DNA from: Flavonifractor sp. AGMB03687
GTDB lineage: Bacteria > Bacillota > Clostridia > Oscillospirales > Oscillospiraceae
Assembly: GCF_017811815.1 (NCBI RefSeq)
Contig: NZ_JADKZI010000003.1
Span: forward strand, 319,549-343,548
Length of the DNA stretch: 24,000 bases
Reading direction: 5' to 3'
In this document: positions 8,595 to 15,921 of the stretch, piece after piece
Layout: each line of letters starts with the position of its first letter
How positions within the stretch are numbered: position 1 is the stretch's first letter
Program-made: the position numbers and the translations under genes
Notes under the pieces: generated by a model
What the model saw: the letters and a program-made list of their open reading frames with translations, nothing else
Told to the model about the DNA's origin: nothing
Databases searched by the model: none

Positions 8595-9638
8595 ATGCCG
8601 TATGAGAAGCTGCGCCTGACCGCCATGACCACGGCCGGTGGGTGAGGGGCCAAAATAGGGCCGGGTGTCCTAAGGAATGTATTGTCGGGCCTGCCCAAAG
8701 CGGCGGACCCCAACCTGCTGGTGGGTTATGACTCCAGCGACGACGCCGCCGTCTACAAGGTCAGTGACGACGTAGCCATGATCCAGACGGTGGACTTCTT
8801 CCCCCCGGTGGTGGACGACCCCTATACCTTTGGTCAGATCGCCGCCACCAATGCTCTCTCCGACGTATACGCCATGGGCGGCACGCCCACCCTGGCCATG
8901 AATCTGCTGGCCTTCCCCTCCTGCCTTCCGGTGGAGGCGGTGGGCGATATTCTGGCCGGCGGCGCCTCCAAGGTGCTGGAGGCCGGTGCGGTTATCGCCG
9001 GCGGCCACAGCATTGAGGACCAGGAGCCCAAGTACGGCTTGTGCGTCACCGGACTGGTCCACCCCAGCCGCATCCTCACCAACAGCGGCGCCAAAGAGGG
9101 GGACATTCTGGTGCTCACCAAGGCGCTGGGCACCGGCATCCTCTCCACCGCCGCCAAGGCGGAGCTGCTGGAGGAGACCGACTACAAGCACATGGTGGAA
9201 CTGATGACTACCCTGAACAAGTACGCCGCCCAGGCGGTGGGCCCGGTTGCCCTCAATGCCTGCACCGACGTCACCGGCTTCGGCCTGGTGGGCCACGTGA
9301 AGGAGATGGCCGAGGGCTGCGGAAACACCATCGAGCTGTGGGCGGGTAAGGTACCCATCGTGCCCAAGGCCCTGGAGCTGGCCCGGGACGGCATCATCCC
9401 CGCCGGGGCCTACCGCAACATGGACTTCACCGCCGACGACACCCTGGAGGACTCCACCGTCCCCCGAGAGGTACTGGACTGTCTCTATGACCCCCAGACC
9501 GCCGGCGGCCTGCTGCTTAGCGTGCCGGAGTCCCTGCTGTCCGACCTGCTGGCCCGGATGGCGGACGCCGGGGTACCCGCCGCCGCCATCGGTGCGGTGG
9601 TACCCAGAGGGGAAAAACTGGTCCACATCAAACCATAA
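8595..9638 (+). CDS. selD: Selenide, water dikinase SelD, predicted selenoprotein with in-frame UGA (Sec17) at 8643-8645
   Basis: ATG 8595 reads MPYEKLRLTAMTTAGG-[TGA]-GAKIGPGVLRNVLSGLPKAADPNLLVGYDSSDDAAVYKVSDDVAMIQTVDFFPPVVDDPYTFGQIAATNALSDVYAMGGTP. Both flanking ORFs (8418-8645 and 8682-9638) are in the same frame. The UGA sits where other SelD proteins carry Cys/Sec 17 next to the conserved Lys. Confidence 0.95.
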
Positions 9639-9647
9639 TCCATCCCA

Positions 9648-9687
9648 AAGCAGGCGTGCCGCCCTGGCGGCGCGCCTGCTTTTTGTT
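9648..9687 (+). terminator. Rho-independent terminator downstream of selD
   Basis: AAAGCAGGCG-TGCCGCCCTGGCGGCG-CGCCTGCTTTTT hairpin followed by T-run. Confidence 0.85.
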
Positions 9688-9757
9688 CTGCCCTACAGTA
9701 TAGCTCTCTTTATAGATTTTTTCTATATCTTTCATTTGATTTATGGAAAATTCGTAT

Positions 9758-9786
9758 TTCAAATTTTCGGCTGCGGGGACTATAAT
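9758..9786 (+). promoter_or_regulatory. Putative promoter for the YedE-YedF-DUF3343 operon
   Basis: TATAAT (9781-9786) with a weak -35 TTCAAA (9758-9763), 17-nt spacing, in an AT-rich intergenic region. Confidence 0.5.
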
Positions 9787-9839
9787 CACCTCAGAGAAAG
9801 AAATTTTAGCTTTCCTGAAAATTTTGTGAGGTGTTGTGT

Positions 9840-10913
9840 GTGACAAAGCTCAAAGAGCACCTGCCGGTCATTCTGGCCGGTCTGGTGGTAGGCATCGCCT
9901 CGGTGGTGCTGGTTGCCCTGGGCAACCCGGTGAACATGGGCTTCTGTATCGCCTGCTTCCTGCGTGATATCGCCGGCGGCGTGGGGATGCACCGGGCCCC
10001 CATTGTTCAGTACATCCGCCCCGAGATCATCGGTCTGGTGCTGGGCGCCATGATCATGGCCCTGGCGGGCAAGGAGTTCAAGGTGCGGGGCGGCTCCTCC
10101 CCCATGACCCGGTTCGTGCTGGGCTTCTGCGTGATGGTGGGCGCCCTCATGTTCCTGGGCTGCCCCCTGCGGATGGTCATCCGCCTGGGCGGCGGCGACG
10201 GAAACGCCATCCTGGGCCTCATCGGCTTCATCATCGGCATTTTCGTGGGCACTCTGTTCCTGAAGAAGGGCTTCTCCCTCAAGAAGTCCCAGCCCCAGCC
10301 CAAAATTGAGGGCGTGCTCATGCCCGCCGTCAATGTGGGCCTGCTCATCCTGGTGATCGCTGCTCCCGCTTTCATCTTCTTCTCCACTGAGGGCCCCGGC
10401 TCCATGCGGGCCCCCATCGCCGCCGCTCTCATCGCCGGTCTGGTGGTGGGCGCCATCGCCCAGCGCAGCCGTCTGTGCATGGCCGGCGGCATCCGGGACG
10501 CCATGATGCTGAAGGACTTCCACCTGCTCATGGGCTTTGTGGCCATTTTCGTGGCCGTGCTGGTGGGCAACCTAATCGTGGGCGCCGCCGGTCTCCGCGG
10601 CGGCTTCAACCCCGGCTTTGCCGGTCAGGCCGTGGCCCACACCGACGGTCTGTGGAACCTGCTTGGCATGGTTCTGGTGGGTCTGGGCTCCGTGCTGCTG
10701 GGCGGCTGCCCCCTGCGTCAGCTCATCCTCTCCGGCAGCGGCAACAGCGACTCCTCCGTGGCCGTGCTGGGCATGGTGGTAGGCGCCGCCTTCTGCCACA
10801 ACTTCGGCCTGGCCTCCTCCACCGACGGCCCCACTTTTGCCGGTAAGGTAGCTGTCATCATCGGTCTGGTCCTGGTCTGCGCCATCGGCGCGGGCAACAC
10901 CAAGAAAGCGTGA
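9840..10913 (+). CDS. yedE: YedE-family putative selenium transporter
   Basis: Start likely GTG 9840 after a GAGGTG RBS (track start 9831). Contains NPVNMGFCIACFLRDIAGGVGMHRA, GFCVMVGALMFLGCPLRMVIRLGGGDGNA, QRSRLCMAGGIRDAMML and GSVLLGGCPLRQLILSGSGNSDS, the paired YedE/YeeE signatures with GCPLR motifs. Confidence 0.92.
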   Translation: MTKLKEHLPVILAGLVVGIASVVLVALGNPVNMGFCIACFLRDIAGGVGMHRAPIVQYIRPEIIGLVLGAMIMALAGKEFKVRGGSSPMTRFVLGFCVMVGALMFLGCPLRMVIRLGGGDGNAILGLIGFIIGIFVGTLFLKKGFSLKKSQPQPKIEGVLMPAVNVGLLILVIAAPAFIFFSTEGPGSMRAPIAAALIAGLVVGAIAQRSRLCMAGGIRDAMMLKDFHLLMGFVAIFVAVLVGNLIVGAAGLRGGFNPGFAGQAVAHTDGLWNLLGMVLVGLGSVLLGGCPLRQLILSGSGNSDSSVAVLGMVVGAAFCHNFGLASSTDGPTFAGKVAVIIGLVLVCAIGAGNTKKA

Positions 10914-10923
10914 GGTGAACGGT

Positions 10924-11127
10924 ATGAATCAAGTGGACGCCAGAGGCTATTCCTGTCCTGAGCCGGTGCTCATGACCAAGAACGCCCTGAAAAACGGCAC
11001 CCCCCTGGTGGTGCTGGTGGACAACGAAACTCCCCTCCAGAATGTGCGCCGGTTTGCCACCAACAACGGCTACCAGGTGACCTGGAAAGAGGTTGGCGAG
11101 GATTATGAGCTCACCATCACCAAGTAA
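10924..11127 (+). CDS. yedF: Short YedF/TusA-like sulfurtransferase-fold protein (selenium metabolism)
   Basis: 67 aa: MNQVDARGYSCPEPVLMTKNALKNGTPLVVLVDNETPLQNVRRFATNNGYQVTWKEVGEDYELTITK. TusA/SirA-like CPxP motif, GAGGTG RBS, immediately after YedE. Confidence 0.88.
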   Translation: MNQVDARGYSCPEPVLMTKNALKNGTPLVVLVDNETPLQNVRRFATNNGYQVTWKEVGEDYELTITK

Positions 11128-11365
11128 GGAGCACATCGCCACCTTCCACACCCACTTCGGGGCCCTCTCCTTCCATAAGAAGCTGAAGAGCCTGGGAGAC
11201 GGGGCGGTGATGATGCCGGTGCCCCGCAAGCTGTCCGCCTCCTGCGGCACCTGCGTGAAATTTTCTCTCCCCTTCGACCCGGCCTGGGCCGACGAGGATC
11301 TGGACGCGGTCTACCTCCACGAGGCGGGGGACTACCGGCTGCTCTTTCAAAATGAAGAGGAATAG
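11105..11365 (+). CDS. DUF3343 domain protein (putative Se/S carrier-like)
   Basis: In-frame ATG at 11105, overlapping the YedF 3' end (track start TTG 11093). HIATFHTHFGALSFHKKLKSLGDGAVMMPVPRKLSASCGTCVKF resembles the DUF3343 pattern. Confidence 0.82.
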   Translation: MSSPSPSKEHIATFHTHFGALSFHKKLKSLGDGAVMMPVPRKLSASCGTCVKFSLPFDPAWADEDLDAVYLHEAGDYRLLFQNEEE

Positions 11366-11403
11366 CAAACTGCCCGGATGGCCTGTACCATCCGGGCAGT
11401 TTG
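11366..11403. repeat. 16-bp perfect inverted repeat, 6-nt loop (terminator-like hairpin)
   Basis: CAAACTGCCCGGATGG (11366-11381) CCTGTA CCATCCGGGCAGTTTG (11388-11403). It starts directly after the DUF3343 stop codon. Confidence 0.9.
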
Positions 11404-11438
11404 TGGTATACTGAAAAAAAAACGGGGGAGCGGACGAA

Positions 11439-12056
11439 ATGGACACCATGATCATCGGCATCGCCGGAGGTACCGGCTCGGGCAAGACCACCCTGACCCT
11501 GGGTCTGAAGGAGCGCTTTGGGGACTCGGTCTCCATCCTGTACCACGACAACTACTACAAGCAGCACGACGACATGCCCTACGAGGAGCGGTGCAAGCTG
11601 AACTACGACCACCCGGACGCCTTTGACACCCAGCGTCTGGTGGACGATCTGGACGCCCTGCGCCGGGGGGAGACGGTTTACAGCCCCACCTACGACTACA
11701 CCATGCACAACCGGGCCGCCGAGACCGTGGAGGTCCGCCCCGCCAAGGTCATTCTGGTGGAGGGCATCCTCATCTTTGTGGAGCCCGCCCTGCGGGAGCG
11801 GATGGACATCAAGCTCTTCGTGGACACCGACGCCGACGTGCGCATCCTGCGCCGCATCATGCGGGATGTGAAGCAGCGTGGCCGCTCCCTGGATTCGGTG
11901 GTGCAGCAGTACCTCACCACCGTCAAGCCCATGCACGAGCAATTTGTGGAGCCCTCCAAGCGGTACGCCGACCTCATCGTGCCCGAGGGCGGCCGCAACC
12001 AGGTGGCCATGGACATGATTATCGGGCGCATTCGCAGCCACATTGCCACGGAGTAA
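11439..12056 (+). CDS. udk: Uridine kinase
   Basis: MDTMIIGIAGGTGSGKTTLTLGLKERFGDSVSILYHDNYYKQHDDMPYEERCKLNYDHPDAFDT..., the canonical Udk P-loop and YYK.H motif. Confidence 0.93.
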   Translation: MDTMIIGIAGGTGSGKTTLTLGLKERFGDSVSILYHDNYYKQHDDMPYEERCKLNYDHPDAFDTQRLVDDLDALRRGETVYSPTYDYTMHNRAAETVEVRPAKVILVEGILIFVEPALRERMDIKLFVDTDADVRILRRIMRDVKQRGRSLDSVVQQYLTTVKPMHEQFVEPSKRYADLIVPEGGRNQVAMDMIIGRIRSHIATE

Positions 12057-12073
12057 ATCAGTTTATAACAAAA

Positions 12074-12104
12074 GGGGACCTGCCAGCCGGCAGGTCCCCT
12101 TTTT
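12074..12104. terminator. Terminator downstream of udk (also abuts the 3' end of the convergent small ORF)
   Basis: GGGGACCTGCC (12074-12084) AGCC GGCAGGTCCCC (12089-12099), 11-bp perfect stem, then TTTTT. Plus-strand A-tract upstream suggests bidirectional action. Confidence 0.9.
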
Positions 12105-12105
12105 G

Positions 12106-12267
12106 TTATTGAAAGCGATATCCCTTTTGCTGCAAGTCTTGGAGAAACCCCATAAAATGCCCGTGATCCCGGAAGGCCAGCAGCCGCCAGTCCTCCATGG
12201 GGTGGAAGGAGACGATGCGGCCCTCATCGTCCAGCCACAGTTGATGGACCGTTTCTGTTCCTGTCAT
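12106..12267 (-). CDS. Small hypothetical protein (53 aa), translationally coupled to blaR1-like gene
   Basis: Minus-strand ATG 12267-12265 overlaps the upstream stop as ATGA. Translation MTGTETVHQLWLDDEGRIVSFHPMEDWRLLAFRDHGHFMGFLQDLQQKGYRFQ, stop TAA at 12108-12106. Absent from the supplied ORF track. Confidence 0.72.
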   Translation of the reverse strand: MTGTETVHQLWLDDEGRIVSFHPMEDWRLLAFRDHGHFMGFLQDLQQKGYRFQ

Positions 12268-14891
12268 AGCTTCCGCAGCGCCTCCTCCAGGGTGCAGACA
12301 TAGGTCAGCGTCCCGTCCTTGTACCGGTATATTCCGTCTTCTCCATCCACATCGGCCTCCACCATGTTGCTATACTCCCGTTGGATATTGCCCATCAGGC
12401 CGGTGTAGTCGGCAAACTCCGCCCCCACTTCCTGGGCAATGTCTATCTTGTGGAGCTCATCCTCGTAATAGTCGTAGATCATCAGCTTTCTTTTTTCGCC
12501 GGTAGGCCAAGCCATCGCCTCATAGATCCCGTCATCGTCCAGATCGTGGAGTTCCACAGTGGGATTCTCCTGTACCGCCATCAGGTAGAGATAGAGCTGA
12601 CCACTCTCCAGATAGAAAGTGGTGGCCTTTCCGTCCACTCCATAGTCCACCCGTACCCGGTTGGTCCCCGAGTCGGTCATGAGCCAGAAGCAGAAGCCCC
12701 AGCCCTGCTCCTGATCTAAAATCACGCTGGCTGTATTGGGTCGGGTAAAGAGGGACTGGGGCCAGTCTTCCTCCTCCATGGTGTACCACTCGGGCGACAC
12801 CACTTCCCAAGTCAGGTCCGTCAGGCCGGACAATACCGAAAGGACCTCCGGATTGACCACCAGGCCTTGTACGCTGCTGCCGGTCCTGTGGATCAGCTCC
12901 ATCTCTCCTTCTGCTGCCAGCTTTAGGTCTTCCTTGGCCTGGGTCACGCTCTCCGGTTCCACCGTTTCCGCCGTCCACGCAACGTCATAGGCACGGAAAC
13001 TCTCCGCCATGAGCTGGAGCACCTGGGGCTCAATGGCGATATAGGGATACTCGTCCGCCTTGCTCACCGGGCAGCAGGTGTCGATCTCCCAGATCTGTCC
13101 GTTTGCCCCATCCACCAGATACCGGTACATGATAATAAAGCCGCTTTCCTGCTTCCACACCCGCTGGGCCTCATCCACAGGTTCATAGCCCGCCTGCCGG
13201 TAGAGAGCCGGGAGTACGTCCATGGTATCGCTGGTAATCCGGTTGACTTTCAGTATGGTGGAAGAGGCGCGGTACTCCGACCGCCACCCCCAGTTGTTCC
13301 CATCGCCTTTGTACTGCTTCCACGCCGTTACTGGGATGTAGAGGTACCAGCCGTCCCCGTCGTAGCGATGGACCGGCAAAGTGCCCTGGTACGTCTCGGG
13401 ATAAGTAATCTGATTGCTCCAGTCCTCCACATAGAGAGGCAGGTCCAGGCCCTGGTCGGTCACATACCAGTCGTAGATGGCCTCCTCATAGCTGTTGTGA
13501 TAGCCATAGAAATCCAGATTGTCGTTGACCGGCTGATCATAGAGAACATTATAGCTGCCGTCGGGGTAGCGCAGGGAGATGATGTTGTGGCCCCCCTGGC
13601 CCTCCAGGTCAAACCAGCCGTCCTCCTCGTACATGCCGCCTACCAGTGCAACCTCTTCGGGGGGAACATCCAACTGCACCAGGTAGTTGAAGGTCCAGGC
13701 CTCCAGGGTACCTTCGGGGGCCAGCCCCTCCAGCTCCCCCTGTTTCTCCAGCCAGGCCACCTTGGTGCCGGTGACCTGAGCAGTGGCCTCCTCATCAGCG
13801 ACCGTCTCATTGGAGAATCTGTGGTAGGTCACCTCTTTGACCTGCTCCATGGTTTTCTGGGCAAAGTCCTCCATGCTCCGATACGGTCCACTGTTGCCGA
13901 TGGGCGTCTCACGGCTCTCCTCAGCGGGGTTGGATGCGCAGGCGGCGATGACCGCCACGCAGGCGATGCAGGCCACGGCGGACAGCCACACCCGGGGCCG
14001 CTTCCACCGCAGCAGGTTGCGGATGCGCCCCTTGGGGTCCCCCTCCCCGAAGGCCAGAGGAGTACCTGCGATGGTGAGCCGCCCGGTGGCCAGGGTGAGC
14101 AGGGAGGCGGAGTAGTCCGCCTTCACGTTCTCTCCCAGTTCTTTCACCACCGCCTCATCGCACCGCATCTCCATGTCCTTGCCCGCCAGCACAAAGGCCG
14201 CCCACACCAGGGGGTTGAACCAGTGGAGACACAGGGCGGCGAAGGCCACCACCTTCACCACATGGTCCAGATGGCGGATGTGGTACTGCTCATGGCGGAT
14301 GATGTAGCCCATCTCCCCCTCGGTCAGGGTGGAGGGCAGATAGATTTTGGGCCGTACCAGCCCCAGCACAAAGGGGGTGGAAATGTGGTCGGCCAGGTAG
14401 ATATTGTCCCTCAAATGCAGACTGCCCACTAGTCTGCGCCGCAAACGGAGCAGGGCAAAGATGCTGTACCCCGCCATACCCGCTGCCCCCGCCAGCCACA
14501 CCCAGGCGGCCACGGCGGACCAGTCCATCGACGCTTCCGGCGTCACCGGTGTCACCGGATCAGGCTCAGAGGTGTCAGGCTCTGACGGCAGGGGCTCCGA
14601 CTGGGGCACCTCTTCCACCGGTCGGGGAGGCTGGACATAGGTGACAGTGCTCACCACCGGACTGGCCTGCTTGGCGGGGGCGTCCAGGGCCCCCAACAGG
14701 GAGAAGCCGGAGGGCAGGGACACCGGGCACAACAGCCGGAAGAGTACCACCGCCCACAGGGCGTAGGAAAAGATTTTCGGGGCCCGCTTCAGAAACAAAC
14801 GCGCCACGATCACGCACAGGATCACAATGCCCGCGGTGAGACTCATGTTGAACAGGGCGGGCAGGAACGTTTGGGACAAAAAGGCCGTCAT
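12264..14891 (-). CDS. M56 family metallopeptidase (BlaR1/MecR1-like) with long extracellular C-terminal region
   Basis: 875 aa. N-terminal TM helices, IRHEQYHIRHLDH (HEXXH at 14294-14280), LCLHWFNPLVWAAFVLAGKDMEMRCDEAVVKEL, then an additional TM helix and a large C-terminal domain. Confidence 0.92.
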   Translation of the reverse strand: MTAFLSQTFLPALFNMSLTAGIVILCVIVARLFLKRAPKIFSYALWAVVLFRLLCPVSLPSGFSLLGALDAPAKQASPVVSTVTYVQPPRPVEEVPQSEPLPSEPDTSEPDPVTPVTPEASMDWSAVAAWVWLAGAAGMAGYSIFALLRLRRRLVGSLHLRDNIYLADHISTPFVLGLVRPKIYLPSTLTEGEMGYIIRHEQYHIRHLDHVVKVVAFAALCLHWFNPLVWAAFVLAGKDMEMRCDEAVVKELGENVKADYSASLLTLATGRLTIAGTPLAFGEGDPKGRIRNLLRWKRPRVWLSAVACIACVAVIAACASNPAEESRETPIGNSGPYRSMEDFAQKTMEQVKEVTYHRFSNETVADEEATAQVTGTKVAWLEKQGELEGLAPEGTLEAWTFNYLVQLDVPPEEVALVGGMYEEDGWFDLEGQGGHNIISLRYPDGSYNVLYDQPVNDNLDFYGYHNSYEEAIYDWYVTDQGLDLPLYVEDWSNQITYPETYQGTLPVHRYDGDGWYLYIPVTAWKQYKGDGNNWGWRSEYRASSTILKVNRITSDTMDVLPALYRQAGYEPVDEAQRVWKQESGFIIMYRYLVDGANGQIWEIDTCCPVSKADEYPYIAIEPQVLQLMAESFRAYDVAWTAETVEPESVTQAKEDLKLAAEGEMELIHRTGSSVQGLVVNPEVLSVLSGLTDLTWEVVSPEWYTMEEEDWPQSLFTRPNTASVILDQEQGWGFCFWLMTDSGTNRVRVDYGVDGKATTFYLESGQLYLYLMAVQENPTVELHDLDDDGIYEAMAWPTGEKRKLMIYDYYEDELHKIDIAQEVGAEFADYTGLMGNIQREYSNMVEADVDGEDGIYRYKDGTLTYVCTLEEALRKL

Positions 14892-14897
14892 GTCAGC

Positions 14898-15257
14898 TCA
14901 CCCCCGATTCTCTTCGATCAGCTGCTGTAACTGCTCAATTTCCTCCAGGGACAGCTTTTTCCGCCGGGTAAAGGCGGTCAAAAAGGCGGGCAGGGACCCG
15001 AAGAAGGTCTCCTCCACAAATTCCTCGCTCTGGCGGGCGTAAAGCTCCTCCCTGGACACCAGGGAGGTCACCACCCCGTCCTGATTCTGAAAAATGCCCC
15101 GCTGGCACAGCCGCTTGAGCACCGTATAGGTGGTGGACTTCTTCCAGCCCAGCACCTCCTCCGCACGGCGCACCAGCTGGGTGGAGCTCATGGGCTCCCC
15201 CTGCCAGATGAGATCGGCAAACCGGGACTCCACCGCCCCCAGCTTCCAGTCGCTCAT
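14898..15257 (-). CDS. BlaI/MecI/CopY family transcriptional repressor
   Basis: 119 aa: KLGAVESRFADLIWQGEPMSSTQLVRRAEEVLGWKKSTTYTVLKRLCQRGIFQNQDGVVTSLVSREELYARQSEEFVEETF, the BlaI/MecI winged helix. Directly upstream of the M56 gene. Confidence 0.93.
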   Translation of the reverse strand: MSDWKLGAVESRFADLIWQGEPMSSTQLVRRAEEVLGWKKSTTYTVLKRLCQRGIFQNQDGVVTSLVSREELYARQSEEFVEETFFGSLPAFLTAFTRRKKLSLEEIEQLQQLIEENRG

Positions 15258-15295
15258 GGTAGTTCCTCCTTTGGTCTACTACTTGTCGTCCTCAT

Positions 15296-15328
15296 CTGTA
15301 GTCTACAGTTTATAGACCAATCTGTCAA
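15296..15328 (-). promoter_or_regulatory. Promoter plus candidate BlaI-type operator for module 1
   Basis: Minus strand TTGACA (15328-15323), 17 nt, TAGACT (15305-15300). Plus-strand palindrome CTGTAGTCTACAG (15296-15308) and imperfect palindrome GTCTACAGTTTATAGAC (15301-15317) overlap the -10 and spacer. Confidence 0.65.
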
Positions 15329-15343
15329 TGACGATTTGGTTAC

Positions 15344-15375
15344 AAAAAAGGGACGACCTGTATTCAGGTCGTCCC
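15344..15375 (-). terminator. Terminator of the module 2 operon, overlapping the stop codon of the 185-aa ORF
   Basis: GGGACGACCTG (15350-15360) TATT CAGGTCGTCCC (15365-15375). On the minus strand the stem is followed by CTTTTTTG-type T-run (plus-strand 15344-15349). Confidence 0.85.
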
Positions 15376-15921
15376 TTCACAGCACATTTTACGGGCCCGG
15401 ATAAGCAAGCCTATCATGCAAAGGCACATCACTATGCCGGCCAGCGCCAGTAGGGCGGACAGGAGTTCCCACTCCTGCCAGGGCAGAGGGAGCATCGTAA
15501 CGGCCCGCAGGACCGCCTCCCCGTTGCGGACTCCGCGCAGCGCGCCCGCATCGATGTTCCGGGCCTCCACCAGAGCGGCCACATCGGTGAGCATCTGGAA
15601 GTTGAAGTAGATGGAGATGCAGATCACCAGTGCGTATACCAGATAAAACCAGTAAAGCACGGTCTCCCCCGTCAGCAGCACCCCCAGCCAGTTCACGCCC
15701 TCTGCGATCCCCAGCAGAACGCAGAAGGGTTTCAGCAGGGGCAGGTCCCGCACCTCCCCCTCCAGCAGTCCGATGGCGGAGAAAAAGAGCAGATAGCTGA
15801 CCCAGTTGGGCAGCACACTCAAACTATGCCCATTCACGCCCAGGTTGAGGTCCAGGTAAAGAAATACATAGCCCCAGATGATCCTGGTCAGGGCAGAGCG
15901 GAGCTGTTGTGTGTCTGTCAT
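15364..15921 (-). CDS. Hypothetical multi-pass membrane protein (185 aa)
   Basis: Overlaps the preceding M56 gene stop by 4 nt (15918-15921). Contains several hydrophobic helices (LSVLPNWVSYLLFFSAIGLLEG, VLYWFYLVYALVICISIYF, LLSALLALAGIVMCLCMIGLLI). Confidence 0.75.
   Translation of the reverse strand: MTDTQQLRSALTRIIWGYVFLYLDLNLGVNGHSLSVLPNWVSYLLFFSAIGLLEGEVRDLPLLKPFCVLLGIAEGVNWLGVLLTGETVLYWFYLVYALVICISIYFNFQMLTDVAALVEARNIDAGALRGVRNGEAVLRAVTMLPLPWQEWELLSALLALAGIVMCLCMIGLLIRARKMCCEGTT

Noticed and set aside
8418-8645. 75-aa plus ORF treated as an independent gene
   Set aside because: Its 3' end is the genuine SelD N-terminus up to the UGA. The upstream part overlaps lysR antisense and the intergenic region and is non-coding on this strand.
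8670-9626. 318-aa minus-strand ORF opposite selD
   Set aside because: Antisense shadow of a highly conserved selD, with no RBS and no family similarity.
11105-11365. Possible second recoded Sec gene in the selenium locus
   Set aside because: YedE, YedF and DUF3343 encode Cys at their conserved positions, and I found no in-frame internal TGA with conserved flanks besides selD.
12043-12303. 86-aa plus ORF spanning the udk terminator
   Set aside because: Runs through the terminator hairpin and antisense to the 53-aa ORF, with no RBS or similarity.
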